Assembly: GCA_038087875.1 (NCBI GenBank)
Contig: CM075988.1
Coordinates: 1,798,001 to 1,862,000, forward strand
DNA from: Malacoraja senta
Lineage: Eukaryota
Direction: 5' to 3'
Length of the DNA: 64,000 bases
Shown here one piece after another: positions 12,449 through 25,480 of this stretch (its first letter is position 1; each line of letters opens with the position of its first letter). The notes under the pieces are model-generated. The model saw only the letters and a list, made by a program, of their open reading frames with translations, was not told the origin of the DNA and did not search any database. The translations under genes and the position numbers were made by a program.

Positions 12449-15400
12449 TGCAGTTTTAAGCACAGGCAGGGCAGCAGGCCAAACAACTCATGGCATTATC
12501 ATTAAGGGCTAACAAATCATTTATTGCAAGTACATTGCAGATTCACAGTTCAGTTGATTCACAGCTTAGAATGACAGTCGTGGCCTCTCCCTCGCGATCT
12601 TGCAGAGTGACTGACTCACGTCCAGGCATCCGGGGTTTTATAGTCCTGCCCCCCCCGGAAGGGGCGTTCCCTTCATCGCGGTGATTGACAGGCGAGAGGA
12701 CCAATCAGCTGATCTCAAGGTTATTTAAACACTCATAACTTTTTTATTTTTAATCGATAGGAAAAATCCTCGGGGCTGGCTCAGCAGAGGAGGACTGTGA
12801 GTAAGGTGGCCAAAATTCACAGTGATACAGGATAGCATTTTTTCTAAAATCAATATACAGCACAGACAGGAAGTGGTCAAGATGAGACTTTTAATTATAT
12901 AGATGCTTTAGAGGGATATCCCTCTGTAAAAACTGAAGGCAGAGGGAGAAGAGGAATCTTACTGCAAGTAAGAATCTGCTTTTTAAAAGGCAAATCGGTG
13001 GGAAGAAGTTAAATTGCAGTTTCAGAGTGCTAATTGTGGAGGCGGGACCTTAAAGTGAAGCAGGCGTCCGATAGGCTTAGCTGGAATATAGTTTGCAACA
13101 AATAAAAGGGAAGCCAGACTAGCAGAGTGGCTTGTTGGGAATGGTCGTGTTGAAGGGAAGTGCATTTTGAGTTTTGACTCGAAAGGTGTGGAGGAAAAGT
13201 GCATTGCGAGGCTTTGGCTCAAGAGGCTTTGGAGAGAAGAGGAGCGGACCTGTCAGACCCAGAGCGGCAACAAGTAGGAAGTTTAACAAAGAATTGTGGG
13301 ATACGAACAGGAGACATGCAGGATCACGCAATGTGCTGCAGCTGCATGATGTGGGAGCTGGTGGACCCCTTGGTGAATCCTGGTGACCACATCTGCAGCA
13401 AATGCTGGTTGACTGAAGAACTAAGACTGAAGGTGGACGACATGGAGTTTGAGCTTCAAACGCTGAGGCACATCAGAGACGTGGAGAATTCCCTGGATGA
13501 TGTGTATCTGGAGGCAGTTAGGGATGAGCTAGAGGATTGTAGGAAGATTGAGCAACCTGACCAGGGCGGCATGGTTCAGGGGGCCATTCGAGAGGAAATA
13601 GGGATGAAAAACATAGTAATTGGGGATAGAGGCATTGACACTGTTCTCTGTCGCAAGGATCGAGTCAAGAGGTCTGTGTTGCCTGCCTGGTGCCTGGGTT
13701 CAGGACATCTTGACTGACTTGTAGAGAAACTTGGAGTGGGAGGTGAAAGATCCGGTCGTCATGGTGACATAGGGAGAAGGAGGAAAGAGGTTGTGCTAAA
13801 GAAATTTGTACAGCTAGATAAAAAATTGAAAAACAGAACCAAGAAGGTAATAATCTCTGGATTGCTACCTAAATCGCGTGCACATTGGTATAGGATTGAG
13901 AAGATTAGAGAGTTGAACGCGTGGCTGAAAGACTAGTGTGGAAGAAGTGGGTTTGAATTCGTGGGACATTGGCACCATTGAATTCGTGGGACATTGGGGA
14001 AGGAGGGAACTTTTCCGACGGGACAGACTCCACTTGAACCCGGCTGGGACCAGACTCCTGGCAAACCGTATAACCAGGGCCATAGATAGAGGTTTAAACT
14101 AAATAGTGGGGAGGGTGGGATCAGCAAATTGGAAGTGTAAGGGTGGAGTTAAATGAAATAGAGTGCAGGAAAAGTTACAAAAGTCTCCAGAATTAATGGG
14201 ATGTTTAAGAAGGGATAAAAGAGTAAGGTCAGGTAAAATCGGGACCGGTGTGAGAGGGGCGGAGAATACAAAATTTTACTTCGGAGTCACGTGAATGACT
14301 ACGTGAAGAAGAGCCCGTCCAGCCGCACACGCGTCACATCGTCAGACGCATAGCGTTGCGACCGTGTGTGGAGGAGCAAAGCTCCTCCAAGCGGTGAGTA
14401 AAGTAAAAGTTGGAAGGTAAGTGCTTTCACTTTCGCTTCCAGGTTCGACTTTCTCGTCAGACTTGTTGGTGGAGCTCCACGCAAGTTATCATGGAGAGAG
14501 GGCGCAGAGGAAAACCCTCCTCAGTCAGAAAATGTTATGGCTAGGGTCGCTTGCTTAGAATTCTTTATGGGGAAGATGATTTATAAAGAGCCCCCGCAGG
14601 AGGAATTTAGTCCGCGTTGGCCTATGGAAGATACAGCGCAGGGAGTGCCTTGGATGGGACAGGCACAACGTTGGCCTACAGGAGAGCCATCAGGAATGTT
14701 TGCGCAAAGACAATACAGAGGTTGACCTACAGGAGAGCCAATGCCCGAAATGCCAGCAAAAAGGCAGTATATGTGTTGGCCTACAGGAGAGCCAGTACCA
14801 GAAATGCCTGAATAAAGGCAGTACAAGCGTTGGTCTAGAGATGTGCCAGCGCCAACAATGTCAGAAGAAAGACAGTATAAGCGTTGGCCTAGAAATGAGC
14901 CAGTGCCAGCAGCACCTGAAACAGGGCTGCCTATCCGTGGGCCTACAGGAGAGCCCGCGCAGGGGGAATCTGGTAGAGAGTTTACTATGCGAAGGCCGAT
15001 GGAAGAGCCAATGCTAGACTTACCTGAAACAGGGATGCCAGAAATTTCCCATCAGGAGGAGGAACATCAAGATTCAGATGATGAATAATATGAGGACCAG
15101 AGCCCGATAACAGAGCTTAAAATACCAGGCTGGCACAAAAGTTTGCTGTTCCCAGATTAACAGGGGAACCTTTGGGAGATGAAATAGCAATGACTATAAA
15201 TTATCTGCTCTCCCATCAGCTCCAGGAATTAACTATGGATGAGACTGTTAAAAAATATGAGACCCCGGAGAATTGTGCACTGTTAGCAGTCCCAGCGGTG
15301 AATAACGTAATATGGGGCTATTTGGGCATTGGATTACGCTCACAAGAATTAAAATTACAACGAGTGCTGAGATTGTTGGGGTCAGGCATTATGGCGTTTG

Positions 15401-16321
15401 CCAGAGGGTTGGATGAAGAACATATATCTGATCCACAACAAGATGCCTTAGCACTTATGTGTAGTGCGCACTTTGAAATAAACTGTATTCGTAAAAGTGC
15501 AATAATATTCATCCTAAGTATGCAGGGCTTTGTAAACCATCCAATATACAACGGCCTAATCTGCTTTTTGGAGAAAATCTTGCAAAAAAGATAAAAGACC
15601 TGAATGAAGAGGCAACAAACGTGGGCATGATGAAACCACCGATGTTGAGCAGATCGATGCGAAGGGAGTATCCCTACAGACGGATGTCTGGTGCTGGAGA
15701 AGGAACAAGCCGATCGTTCCCATATATGCGTTGGCGTACTGCACCTGGGATGTGTGGAGGTTACAATGTGACTACTAAGAGGGGACAACATTTGCCGACG
15801 GCAAACCCCGAGGTAGGGAGGTCTGGTCTGGTAAGAAACATAACAAATGTTTTACACTCACAAGTGGGGGGAAGATTACAATTCTTCCTAAAAGAATGGC
15901 AACTAATAACAAATGATTCGTTTATACTGTGCAGCATTGTGGGATTTAGAATTGAGTTCTATCCACATTTGGATCCTCCTACTCAGCATATTTCAAGCCG
16001 GTCACGTACTCTCTCAAGGGAAGAGAATACGCAGATCCAGGCAGGATTGAAAATTTTGTGCAATAAAGGTGTAATAGAAAAGTCAGTAGAACAACACCAT
16101 CAGTTTGTGTCAAGTATTTTTCCTAGAACAAAAAAGGATGGTGGATGTAGAATTATTCTGGATCTGACAAGTCTTAATCCCTTTGTACAGTATAAACATT
16201 TTAAAATGGAAACATTTACTAACATAGATACATAGATACATAGAAAATAGGTGCAGGAGTAGGCCATTCGGCCCTTCGAGCCTGCACCGCCATTCAATAT
16301 GATCATGGCTGATCATCCAAC

Positions 16322-19300
16322 TCAGTATCCTGTACCTGCCTTCTCTCCATACCCCCTGATCCCCTTAGCCACAAGGGCCACATCTAACTCCCTCTTAAAT
16401 ATAGCCAATGAACTGGCCTCAACTACCCTCTGTGGCAGAGAGTTCCAGAGATTCACCACTCTCTGTGTGAAAAAGTTTTTCCTCATTTCGGTCTTAAAGG
16501 ATTTCCCCCTTATCCTTAAGCTGTGACCCCTTGTCCTGGACTTCCCCAACATCGGGAACAATCTTCCTGCATCTAGCCTGTCCAACCCCATAAGAATTTT
16601 GTACGTTTCTATAAGATCCCCTCTCAATCTCCTAAATTCTAGCGAGTATAAGCCAAGTCTATCCAGTCTTTCTTCATATGAAAGTCCTGACATCCCAGGA
16701 ATCAGTCTGGTGAACCTTCCCTGCATATGGCTATAATGTCCTTCCTCAGATTTGGAGACCAAAACTGTACGCAATACTCCAGGTGTGGTCTCACCAAGAC
16801 CCTGTACAACTGTAGTAGAACCTCCCTGCTCCTATACTCAAATCCTCTTGCTATGAAGGCCAACATACCATTCGCTTTCTTCACTGCCTGCTGCACCTGC
16901 ATGCCTACTTTCAATGACTGGTGTACCATGACACCCAGGTCTCGCTGCATCTCCCCATTTCCTAATCGGCCACCATTTAGATAATAGTCTGCCTTCCCGT
17001 TTTTGCCACCAAAGTGGATAACCTCACATTTATCCACATTATACTGCATCTGCCAAACATTTGCCCACTCACCCAGCCTATCCAAGTCACCTTGCAGTCT
17101 CCTAGCATCCTCCTCACAGCTAACACTGCCCCCCAGCTTAGTGTCATCTGCAAACTTGGAGATGTTGCTTTCAATTCCCTCATCCAGGTCATTAATATAA
17201 ATTGTAAATAGCTGGGGTCCCAGCACTGAGCCTTGCGGTACCCCACTAGTCACTGCTTGCCATTGTGAAAAGGACCCGTTTACTCCTACTCTTTGCTTCC
17301 TGTTTGCCAGCCAGTTCTCTATCCACATCAATAGTGAACCCCCAATACCGTGTGATTTAAGTTTGTATCCTAATCTCTTATGTGGTACCTTGTCGAAAGC
17401 CTTCTGAAAGTCCAGATACAACACATCCACTGGTTCTCCCCTATCCACTCTACTAGTTACATCCTCGAAAAATTCTATAAGATTCGTCAGACACGATTTA
17501 CCTTTCGTAAATCCATGCTGACTTTGTCCAATGATTTCACCACTTTCCAAATGTGCTGCTATCCCATCTTTAATAAGTGACTCTAGCAGTTTCCCCCACT
17601 ACCGATGTTAGACTAACTGGTCTGTAATTCCCCGTTTTCTCTCTCCCTCCCTTCTTAAAAAGTGGGGTTACGTTTGCTACCCTCCAATCCTCAGGAACTA
17701 CTCCAGAATCTAAAGAGTTTTGAAAAATTATCACTAATGCATCCACTATTTCTGGAGCTACTTCCTTAAGTACTCTGGGATGCAGCCTATCTGGCCCTGG
17801 TGATTTATCGGCCTTTAATCCATGCAATTTACCCAACACCACTTCCTGACTAACCTGGATTTCACTCAGTTCCTCCATCTCCTTTGACCCCTGCTATTTC
17901 CGGCAGATTATTTATGTCTTCCTTAGTGAAGACGGAACCAAAGTAGTTATTCAATTGGTCCGCCATATCCTTGTTCCCCACGATCAATTCACCTGTTTCT
18001 GACTGCAAGGGATCTACATTTGTTTTAACTAATCTCTTTCTCTTCACATATCTATAAAAACCTTTGCAGTCAGTTTTTATGTTCTCTGCCAGTTTCCTTT
18101 CATAATCTATTTTCCCTTTCCTAATTAAGCCCTTTGTCCTCCTCTGCTGGTCTCTGAATTTCTCCCAGTCCTCTGGTATGCTGCTTTTTCTGGCTAATTT
18201 GTACGCATCATCTTTTGCTTTGATACTATCCCTGATTTCCCTTGTTATCCACGGATGCACTACCTTCCTTGATTTATTCTTTTGCCAAACTGGGATGAAC
18301 AATTTTTGTAGTTCATCCATGCAGTCTTTAAATGCCTTCCATTGCATATCCACCGTCAACCCTTTTAGAACTAATTGCCAGTCAATCTTGGCCAATTCAC
18401 GTCTCATACCCTCAAAGTTACCTTTCTTTAAGTTCAGAACCGTTGTTTCTGAATTAACAATGTCACTCTCCATCCAAATGAAGAACTCAACCATATTATG
18501 GTCACTCTTGCCCAAGGGGGCACGCACAACAAGACTGCTAACTAACCCTTCCTCATTACTCAATACCCAGTCTAGAATAGCCTGCTCTCTCGTTGGTTCC
18601 TCTACATGTTGGTTTAGATAACTATCCCGCATACATTCCAAGAAATCCTCTTCCTCAGCACCCCTGCCAATTTGATTCACCCAATCTATATGTAGATTGA
18701 AGTCACCCATTATAACTGTTTTGCCTTTGTTGCACGCATTTCTAATTTCCTGTTTGATGCCATCCCCAACTTCACTACTACTGCTAGGTGGCCTGTACAC
18801 AACACCCACCAGCGTTTTCTGCCCCTTCGTGTTTCGCAGCTCTACCCATACCGATTCCACATCCTCCAAGCTAATGTCCTTCCTTTCCACTGCGTTAATC
18901 TCCTCTCTAACCAGCAACGCTACCCCACCTCCTTTTCCTTTCTCTCTATCCCTCCTGAATATTGAATATCCCTGGATGTTCAGCTCCCAGCCTTGGTCAC
19001 CCTGGAGCCATGTCTCCGTGATCCCAACTATATCATAATCATTAATTGCTATCTGCACGTTCAACTCATCCACCTTATTACGAATGCTCCTTGCATTGAG
19101 ACACAAAGCCTTCAGGCTTGTTTTTACAACGCTCTTACCCCTTATACAATTATGTTGAAAAGTGGCCCTTTTTGATTTTTGCCCTGGACTTGTCTGCCTG
19201 CCACTTTTACTTTTCACCTTGCTACCTATTGCTTCCGCCCTCATTTTACACCCCTCTGTTTCTCTGCTCACCCATTTAAGAACCCCACCACCTCTTATTC

Positions 19301-19607
19301 TCTGTTTATTATTGTTTTCTTCTTTCCCCCCTACATGTTGGGTCTGAGTGCTGTCCTTCTCTGCCTCCTGCCTCGCACACTGTCTAATAGCATTCTCTAT
19401 TTGAGTCCCTCCCCCCAACCATTCTAGTTTAAAGTCTCCCCAGTAGCCTTTGCAGATCTCCCCGCCAGGATATCGGTCCCCCTCAGGTTCAAGTGCAACC
19501 CATCGTTTTTGTACAGGTCGAACCTTCCACAAAAGAGGTCCCAATGATCCAGAAATTTGAATCCCTGCCTTCTGCACCAGTCCTTCAGCCACGCATTTAT
19601 CCTCCAC
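16322..19607 (-). pseudogene. CR1 ORF2 endonuclease-RT, disrupted
   Basis: ORFs 17862-19607 (LNARS, TETW, GDFN, SDH), 17570-17878 (PGPD, NYRPVS), 16702-17550 (GVPQG, FADD), 16322-16774. Confidence 0.93.
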
Positions 19608-20386
19608 CTGGCTCCATTCCTACTCTCACTGTCGCGTGGCACAGGCAGTAATCCCGAGATTGTTACCTTTGCTGTCCTTCTCTTTAACTCCCCTCCTAAC
19701 TCCCTAAATTCTCCTTTCAGGACCTCTTCTCTTTTTTTACCTATGTCATTGGTACCTATATGTACCACGACCTCGGGCTCCTCTCCCTGCCCTTTCAGGA
19801 TATCTTGGACACGTTGAGACACATCACGGACCCTGGCACCAGGGAGGCAAACTACCATCCGGGTCTCCCGACTGCGTCCACAGAATCGCCTTTCTGACTC
19901 CCTAACTATAGAGCCCCCTATTAGTATTGCACTCCTCTTCTTTTCCTTACCCTTCTGAGCAACAGGACCGGTCTCTATACCGGAGGCCCGGCCTCTGTCG
20001 CTACCCCCAGGTAGGCTGTCCACCCTAACAGTGCTCAAACAGGAGTACTTATTGTCAAGGTGTACAGCCACCGGGGTACTCTCTAGTCCCTGCCTGTGCC
20101 CCTTGCCTCTCCCAACCGTGATCCACTTGCCTGCCTCCTGTGGTCTTGGAGTGACCACATCCCTGTAACTCCTCTCAAGGACTTCCTCGCTCTCCCTGAC
20201 CAGACGGAGGTCATCGAGCTGCTGCTCCAGTTTCCTAATACGGTCCATTAGGAGCCCCATCTCGATACACCTGGCGCAGATGTGGACGTCTGGAGGGCTA
20301 TCAGACTCCATGACTTCCCACATCTGACATCCAGAACAGTAAACTGCCCTGGCCCTCATACTCCCCTTACCTAGGATACAATACAA
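19424..20386 (-). CDS. CR1 ORF1 (Cys zinc finger, coiled coil, SGNH/GDSL esterase-like domain)
   Basis: CSGCQMW...CARC; IGGSIV (IGDSIV in the sister copy 56026-56754); HIGTND; DGLH. Likely start at MRARAVYC. Confidence 0.88.
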   Translation of the reverse strand: MYCILGKGSMRARAVYCSGCQMWEVMESDSPPDVHICARCIEMGLLMDRIRKLEQQLDDLRLVRESEEVLERSYRDVVTPRPQEAGKWITVGRGKGHRQGLESTPVAVHLDNKYSCLSTVRVDSLPGGSDRGRASGIETGPVAQKGKEKKRSAILIGGSIVRESERRFCGRSRETRMVVCLPGARVRDVSQRVQDILKGQGEEPEVVVHIGTNDIGKKREEVLKGEFRELGGELKRRTAKVTISGLLPVPRDSESRNGARWRINAWLKDWCRRQGFKFLDHWDLFCGRFDLYKNDGLHLNLRGTDILAGRSAKATGETLN

Positions 20387-21231
20387 AACAAACTGCTACA
20401 ATACAAAACAAACTGCTACAATACAAAACAAACTGCTACAATACAAAACAAACTGCTACAATACAGTACAATCAGCAGGGATCTGACTCCCAATCAGCTG
20501 CTCCCTCTTGTCTGCTTCCACCAATCAGCGGCTTCCTCAAACCCACTTGTTTTTTAAATGGAACTTGGAACGTTACAGATTTGGGTACTCTGTAGAAGCA
20601 AGCCCCGCGCTCCTCTTTAAATCCTACCGCTCGGGTGTAGCTCCTCCCTCTGCAACCTCTCCAACGGCTCTCGGGCCTCTGTGGAAGCAAGCCCCGCGCT
20701 CCTCTTTAAATCCTACCGCTCGGGTGTAGCTCCTCCCTCTGCGACCTCTCCAACGGCTCTCGGGCTTGTAACGTCATACAGCTTGTCACAAGAAACTGCT
20801 ATATGGCAAGCATAGATCTGCAAGATGCATATTATTCTGTTGCTGTGCATGGTAATGATCAAAGATATCTAAAATTTAGATGGATGTCAGTTATGGCAGT
20901 TTACAGCATTGCCTAATGGCCTGACTTCAGCGCCAAGGTTATTTACAAAATTGCTCAAACCAATTTTAGCTCTGCTAAGAGCTGAGGGCCATGTATTAAT
21001 GGCTTATTTGGATGATATTCTGATTGTGGGGGACACTTTGGCTACCGCAAAGGTATCAGTGTCAAGAGTCAAGTACATTTTTGAGAAAATGATATTCATT
21101 ATTAACCCACAAAAATCGAAACTATTACCAAGCACAAAGATTGATTACCTAGGGTTTACAATTAACTCAGAACACATGGTAATCACCTTGCCAAAAGATA
21201 AAAGGCTGCAGTTAATTGAAGGTTGTACTAA

Positions 21232-22180
21232 AATCAGTGAGAGTACTTTGATTGTTTTTACAGATGGATCTAAAGATCCAGTTAGTGGGAGAGCTGGGTT
21301 TGGAGTGTATGTGGAGCAGCTTGGGTTGAAGATTGGCCGGCGCATTTCTGATGGAAGTTCTGTTCTCACGACTGAATTAATGTCAATTCAATGGGCTCTA
21401 TGGTGGATTGAGGAAGCCAGTTTTAGAGAAGTCATTATCTGTTCTGATTCTGCAGCTGCTCTTGAAACTTTAAGAGTAGGGAAATCTAAAGCTCGTCCTG
21501 ACATTCTAAATGAAATCTTGAGTGTGTTTTCTAGAATTGGGTTTGCGTGTAACATCACTTTTTGCTGGGTTCCCGGGCATGCTGGGGTGAGGGGGAATGA
21601 GCAGGTGGACCTCATAGCAAAGGAGAGTTTAAGAAGAGAAATAGATATCCATGTATCATTGGGGAGAGTGGAACTGAGAGAAATAATTAAAGAGGGCGTA
21701 ACAAAAGAATGGCAGAGAGGATGGGAAATGGAAGTCAGGGGTAGACACTACTTTTCTATACAATCTGAAGTTAGGAAAATATGTTTCTGTACATCTCTGT
21801 CCCGTAGGGACTCAGTTAAACTGTGTAGATTGAGGTTGGGACACTGTGGGTTAAATTACTATTTGTGCATTGTAGGGAAACATGTTTCTGGCTTGTGTGA
21901 ATGTGGGAGTAATGAGACAGTTAAGCATGTTTTCCTAGAATGTAAAAAGTATAGGGTAGAAAGAAAAGTATTATTTGTTAGACTGACAGGACTTGGAGTT
22001 GAGGCTTTTTCTGTTTTATCTTTGTTTGGACACAATGAGAAACATCAACTGATATCCAGGGCTGTTCTTCAATTCCTGCAAGTTACAGGACTGTATATAA
22101 GAATTTAGTTCAAACTTTGACCTGTGGAGGGCAGTAATACGCTTAGCAGCGTCTACACTGCCGGAATCCTACAAGAAGAA
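21232..22180 (+). mobile_element. 5'-truncated RNase H-encoding LINE (I/Nimb-like)
   Basis: 14-bp TSD GAAGGTTGTACTAA at 21218-21231 and 22181-22194; RNase H (FTDGSK, TTEL, SDS, WVPGHAGVRGNEQVD); RLRLGH and CECG...ETVKHVFLEC knuckle; stop at 22108; (GAA)n tail. Confidence 0.92.
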
Positions 22181-22752
22181 GAAGGTTGTACTAAGCTCAT
22201 TAACGAGTACCAGCCCTCAATTAGACAAGTGGCAAGCTTGCTGGGCAAATTAATTGCTGCTTTTCCAGCCGTAAAATTTGGACCATTGCATTATCAGCAT
22301 TTGCAGGGAGCTAATGCAGGGCATTAAAGGTTAATGCAGGGCATTTTGATAGGCCCATGCAATTGATAATTGAGCCTATTATGGAAATAGAATGGTGGAT
22401 TAACAATGTCTCTAATGCTTCCAGAAAAGTTCTGGTAGAAACACCTTCCGTTATTCTACAGACTGATGTAAGTGCTCTAGGATGGGGTGCAACTAACACT
22501 GTTTCCAGCTGTGGAGGTAGATGGAATGTGGAGGAAGTACCTTTGCTTGACAATCAAGGTATAAATTACCTAGAGCTATTAGGAGCATTTTATGGGCTTA
22601 AAGCTTATTGCTCTAATATGGAAAATTTGCATGTTCAGGTACAGATTGACAATACTACAGCTGTAGCATATGTAAATCATATGGGTGGTGTCAAGTCAGA
22701 ATCTTGTGATAGATTGGCAAATGTATTCTGGACCTGGTGCATTGCCAGGAAT

Positions 22753-23666
22753 AGTACCCAGAAGCAATACATTTCTTATATAAGGAAATGGGAGGTGTTT
22801 TGTTCAGAAACGAATATTGCATATAACACCGCAGACATTTCAGATGTGTTAGAGTTTCTTTCAACTCTTTATTTTGAATTAAATTTAATCTATAGTGCAA
22901 TTAATACGGCAAGGAGTGCTCTCTCTGCATACTTATGCAGGGAATTAGAACAAAATCCAATAGGGTCACATCCTTGAGTCTGTAGGTTTATGAAGGGAAT
23001 TTTCAACTCCAATCCTCCTAGACCCAGGTATACAGAAATCTGGAATGTAAAAATGTACTTATGCTGCTGCGTGAATGGAATCCTATTGAAGCTCTGTCAT
23101 CGGCCAAAATTACCATGAAGTTAGTTATGCTCATGGCGTTAGTTTCAGCACAGAGAGTTCAAACATTACAGAAGTTAAGAATAGACAGGATGAAAGTAGG
23201 GGCAGATGCCGTTACATTCTATGTCTATGATTTGCTTAAACAAAGTAGACCTGGGTTCACGGGATGTAAGTTGGGTTTTTCAGCATATCCTACGGATCCA
23301 CGGCTATGTGTAGTAACATATATAAGATGTTACATGGAAGCAACCAGAACCTTAAGAGGTACAGAATCAGCATTTTTTGTCAGCTATAAATGTCCTCATA
23401 AGAAGGTGTCAACACAGACGATTTCAAGATGGTTGAAACAGGTGTTGATTTATTCAGGTATTGATACTGATAAATTTAAATCTCATTCCACCAGGGCGGC
23501 ATCAACATCGGCAGCCAGGGATTCAGACGTTCCAATAGATCTTATCCTCGCGGCCGAAGGATGGGCAAGTGAACAGATGTTTCACAAGTATTACCATAAG
23601 GAGATTAAAGATCCCGGGGTGTTTGGTGGTGCCGTGTTGGATTCAGTATTAAATCCCCTATTATGA
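22753..23666 (+). pseudogene. DIRS tyrosine recombinase (N-terminal binding plus catalytic domain), frameshifted
   Basis: STQKQY...INTARSALS, then ORF 23061-23666 with AQRVQTL, KQSR, HSTR, GW and FHKYY motifs. Confidence 0.9.
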
Positions 23667-23823
23667 TAAATGGGTTACTATTGTTGTTATAAATAAAACC
23701 ATTAACTGATTACATTTAATGTTGTGGTTATGCATTGTTGATTGTGCTTTACTCATTTAGAGTCAATCAATGCAGTGAGCACCTGGATTTGAATCCACGG
23801 TGTGAAATCACAGAGCTTTGAAA

Positions 23824-23936
23824 TCTTCACGTAGTCACCCACGTGACTCCGAAGTAAAATAGTAAGATTAAACGAGAACTTACCAGTTTGAAGTTTGATC
23901 TTTATTTTATGAGGAGTTACGTTGAGGGATTACGTG
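23824..23936. other. DIRS internal complementary region
   Basis: First part is the reverse complement of the element 5' end (14273-14309), second part of the 3' end (24079-24156), joined at AAT 23858-23860. Confidence 0.93.
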
Positions 23937-24767
23937 CCCTCCGCTCCCACCCTTATAAAGATCGAGCTGGTAGTTCTAGTCTTTACGTATCTTATTATCA
24001 TACTTCAGTAATTGTCGTCTGTGATTTCACTCCGCTGCTTTGAAGATTGACGCATGTGCGGCTGGACGGGCTCTTCTTCACGTAATCCCTCAACGTAACT
24101 CCTCATAAAATAAAGATCAAACTTTTACTGGTAACTTCTCATTTAATCTTACTATTAAAGGTGTTGTATTTGAATGTGCGCATTTTAAGAAACATGCGTG
24201 CATTTTAAGAAACATGCGCGCATTTTAAGTGGATGAGCTTGTGGCACAGTTAGAGATTGGTAGGTGTGATGTGGGAATTACAGAGACATGGCTGCAAGAA
24301 GATTGGAGCTGAATCTTCAAGGTTATATGTCCTATCAGACAGACAGGTAGGCAGAGGGGGTGGGGTAGCTCTGTTTGTAAGGAATTAAATTATGTCCTTT
24401 GCGAGGGGTGACATAGGATGAGAAGATGTAGTAATTGTGGATAGAGCTGAGAAAGTTTAAGAGTAAAAAGACCTTAATGGGAGTTATTTACAGGCCCCCA
24501 AACAGTAGCTAGGATATACTGTACAAGTTACATCGGGAGATACAATTGGCATGTGAGAAAGGCAATGCTACAGTGGTCATGGGAGATTTCAACATGCAGG
24601 TAGACTGGGAAAATCAGGTTGGTACTGGACCCCAAGAAAGGGAATTTGTAGAGTGCCTCCGAGATGGATTCTTGGAGCAGCTTGTAGTGGAGCCTACCTG
24701 GGAAAAGGCAATTCTGGATTTAGTGAAGTGTAATGAACCGGATTTGACGAGGGAACTCAAGGTGAAG

Positions 24768-24854
24768 ATAGACACAAAAAGCTGGAGTAACTCAGTGGGG
24801 CAGGCATCATCTCTGTGGAGAAGGAACAGGTGATGTTTCGGGTCGAAACCCTTC
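24768..24854 (-). mobile_element. Short Penelope-derived insertion (hammerhead truncated before CUGA)
   Basis: Same repeat as 4342-4436; interrupts CR1 EN ELKVK|PLGGSDHN. Confidence 0.78.
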
Positions 24855-25480
24855 CCACTAGGGGGTAGCGACCACAATATTGTAAGTTTTAATCTGCAAT
24901 TAGAGAGGGAGAAGGTGAAATCATATGTGTCCGTATTGCAGTTGGCCAAAGTTGGCTGGAAAGGGACCCAGCAGGGTTGACGGTGGAACACCAATGGCAG
25001 GAATTTCTGGGAACAATTCGGAAGATGCAGGATCTTTTTATTCCAAAGAGGAAGAAAGATTCTAGGGGGGAAAGAGGTGACCGTGCCTGAGAAGAAAAGT
25101 CAAGGACAGTATAAAACTAAAAGGCAAGGCATCTATCTATACTATTACTAAAACTCTCATCTTGTCCTCTTCCGCTTTGCGTTTTTTAAAAATTCACGCA
25201 AAAACGGACCCTATATCGCTAGGATTTTTTCGCAACCTTACTCACCGTTCTCCTCTATTATTTCAGTAATTACAACCACATTACTCATGCAAATGTACAT
25301 TTTTGTTACCAGAAAGTAATGGTTTATATTAGAGGGCAATTCCATTACTGGAGTCAATGAGTCTTATCAAGACACTTATCAGACCATGTTCCATTTGTAA
25401 ATCTGATTTTATGGAAAGAAGGGGAATGACGCCACCCCTCTATCATATTGCGAAGTTAAGTAATTTTATTCCTACCTTAC

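Larger units (their letters stand above)
11488..12903 (-). mobile_element. Non-autonomous Helitron
   Basis: Minus strand 5' TCTATATAATTAAAAGTCTCATCTTG ... GGACCCAATGGGTTCC hairpin, then ACTTAGTCTAG 3'; sits between A and T; termini homologous to 25132-29521. Confidence 0.85.
16222..20765 (-). mobile_element. Young full-length CR1 inserted in the DIRS RT
   Basis: (CTATGTAT)n tail at 16222-16245; ORF2 in four pieces; ORF1; 5' UTR with a 20-bp x4 repeat (20378-20465) and a ~90-bp x2 repeat (20595-20765). Confidence 0.95.
14273..24156 (+). mobile_element. DIRS1-like tyrosine-recombinase retrotransposon with both termini intact
   Basis: Inverted terminal repeats 14300-14336 / 24048-24084; internal complementary region (ICR) 23824-23936; ATT at both ends; gag-like 14.5-15.6 kb; RT (GGRL...W, HFKMETF, IDLQDAY, YLDD); RNase H (TDVSALGWG, INYLEL, DNTTA); recombinase. 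Confidence 0.95.

Noticed and set aside
14610..15020. Spaced TTGGCCTACAGGAGAGCC repeats resembling an array
   Set aside because: Degenerate ~57-bp repeats in the DIRS gag-like region; the intervening sequences are related to each other.
23061..23666. Phage integrase-like ORF suggesting a prophage or contamination
   Set aside because: It is the DIRS recombinase, within ITR/ICR-defined ends.
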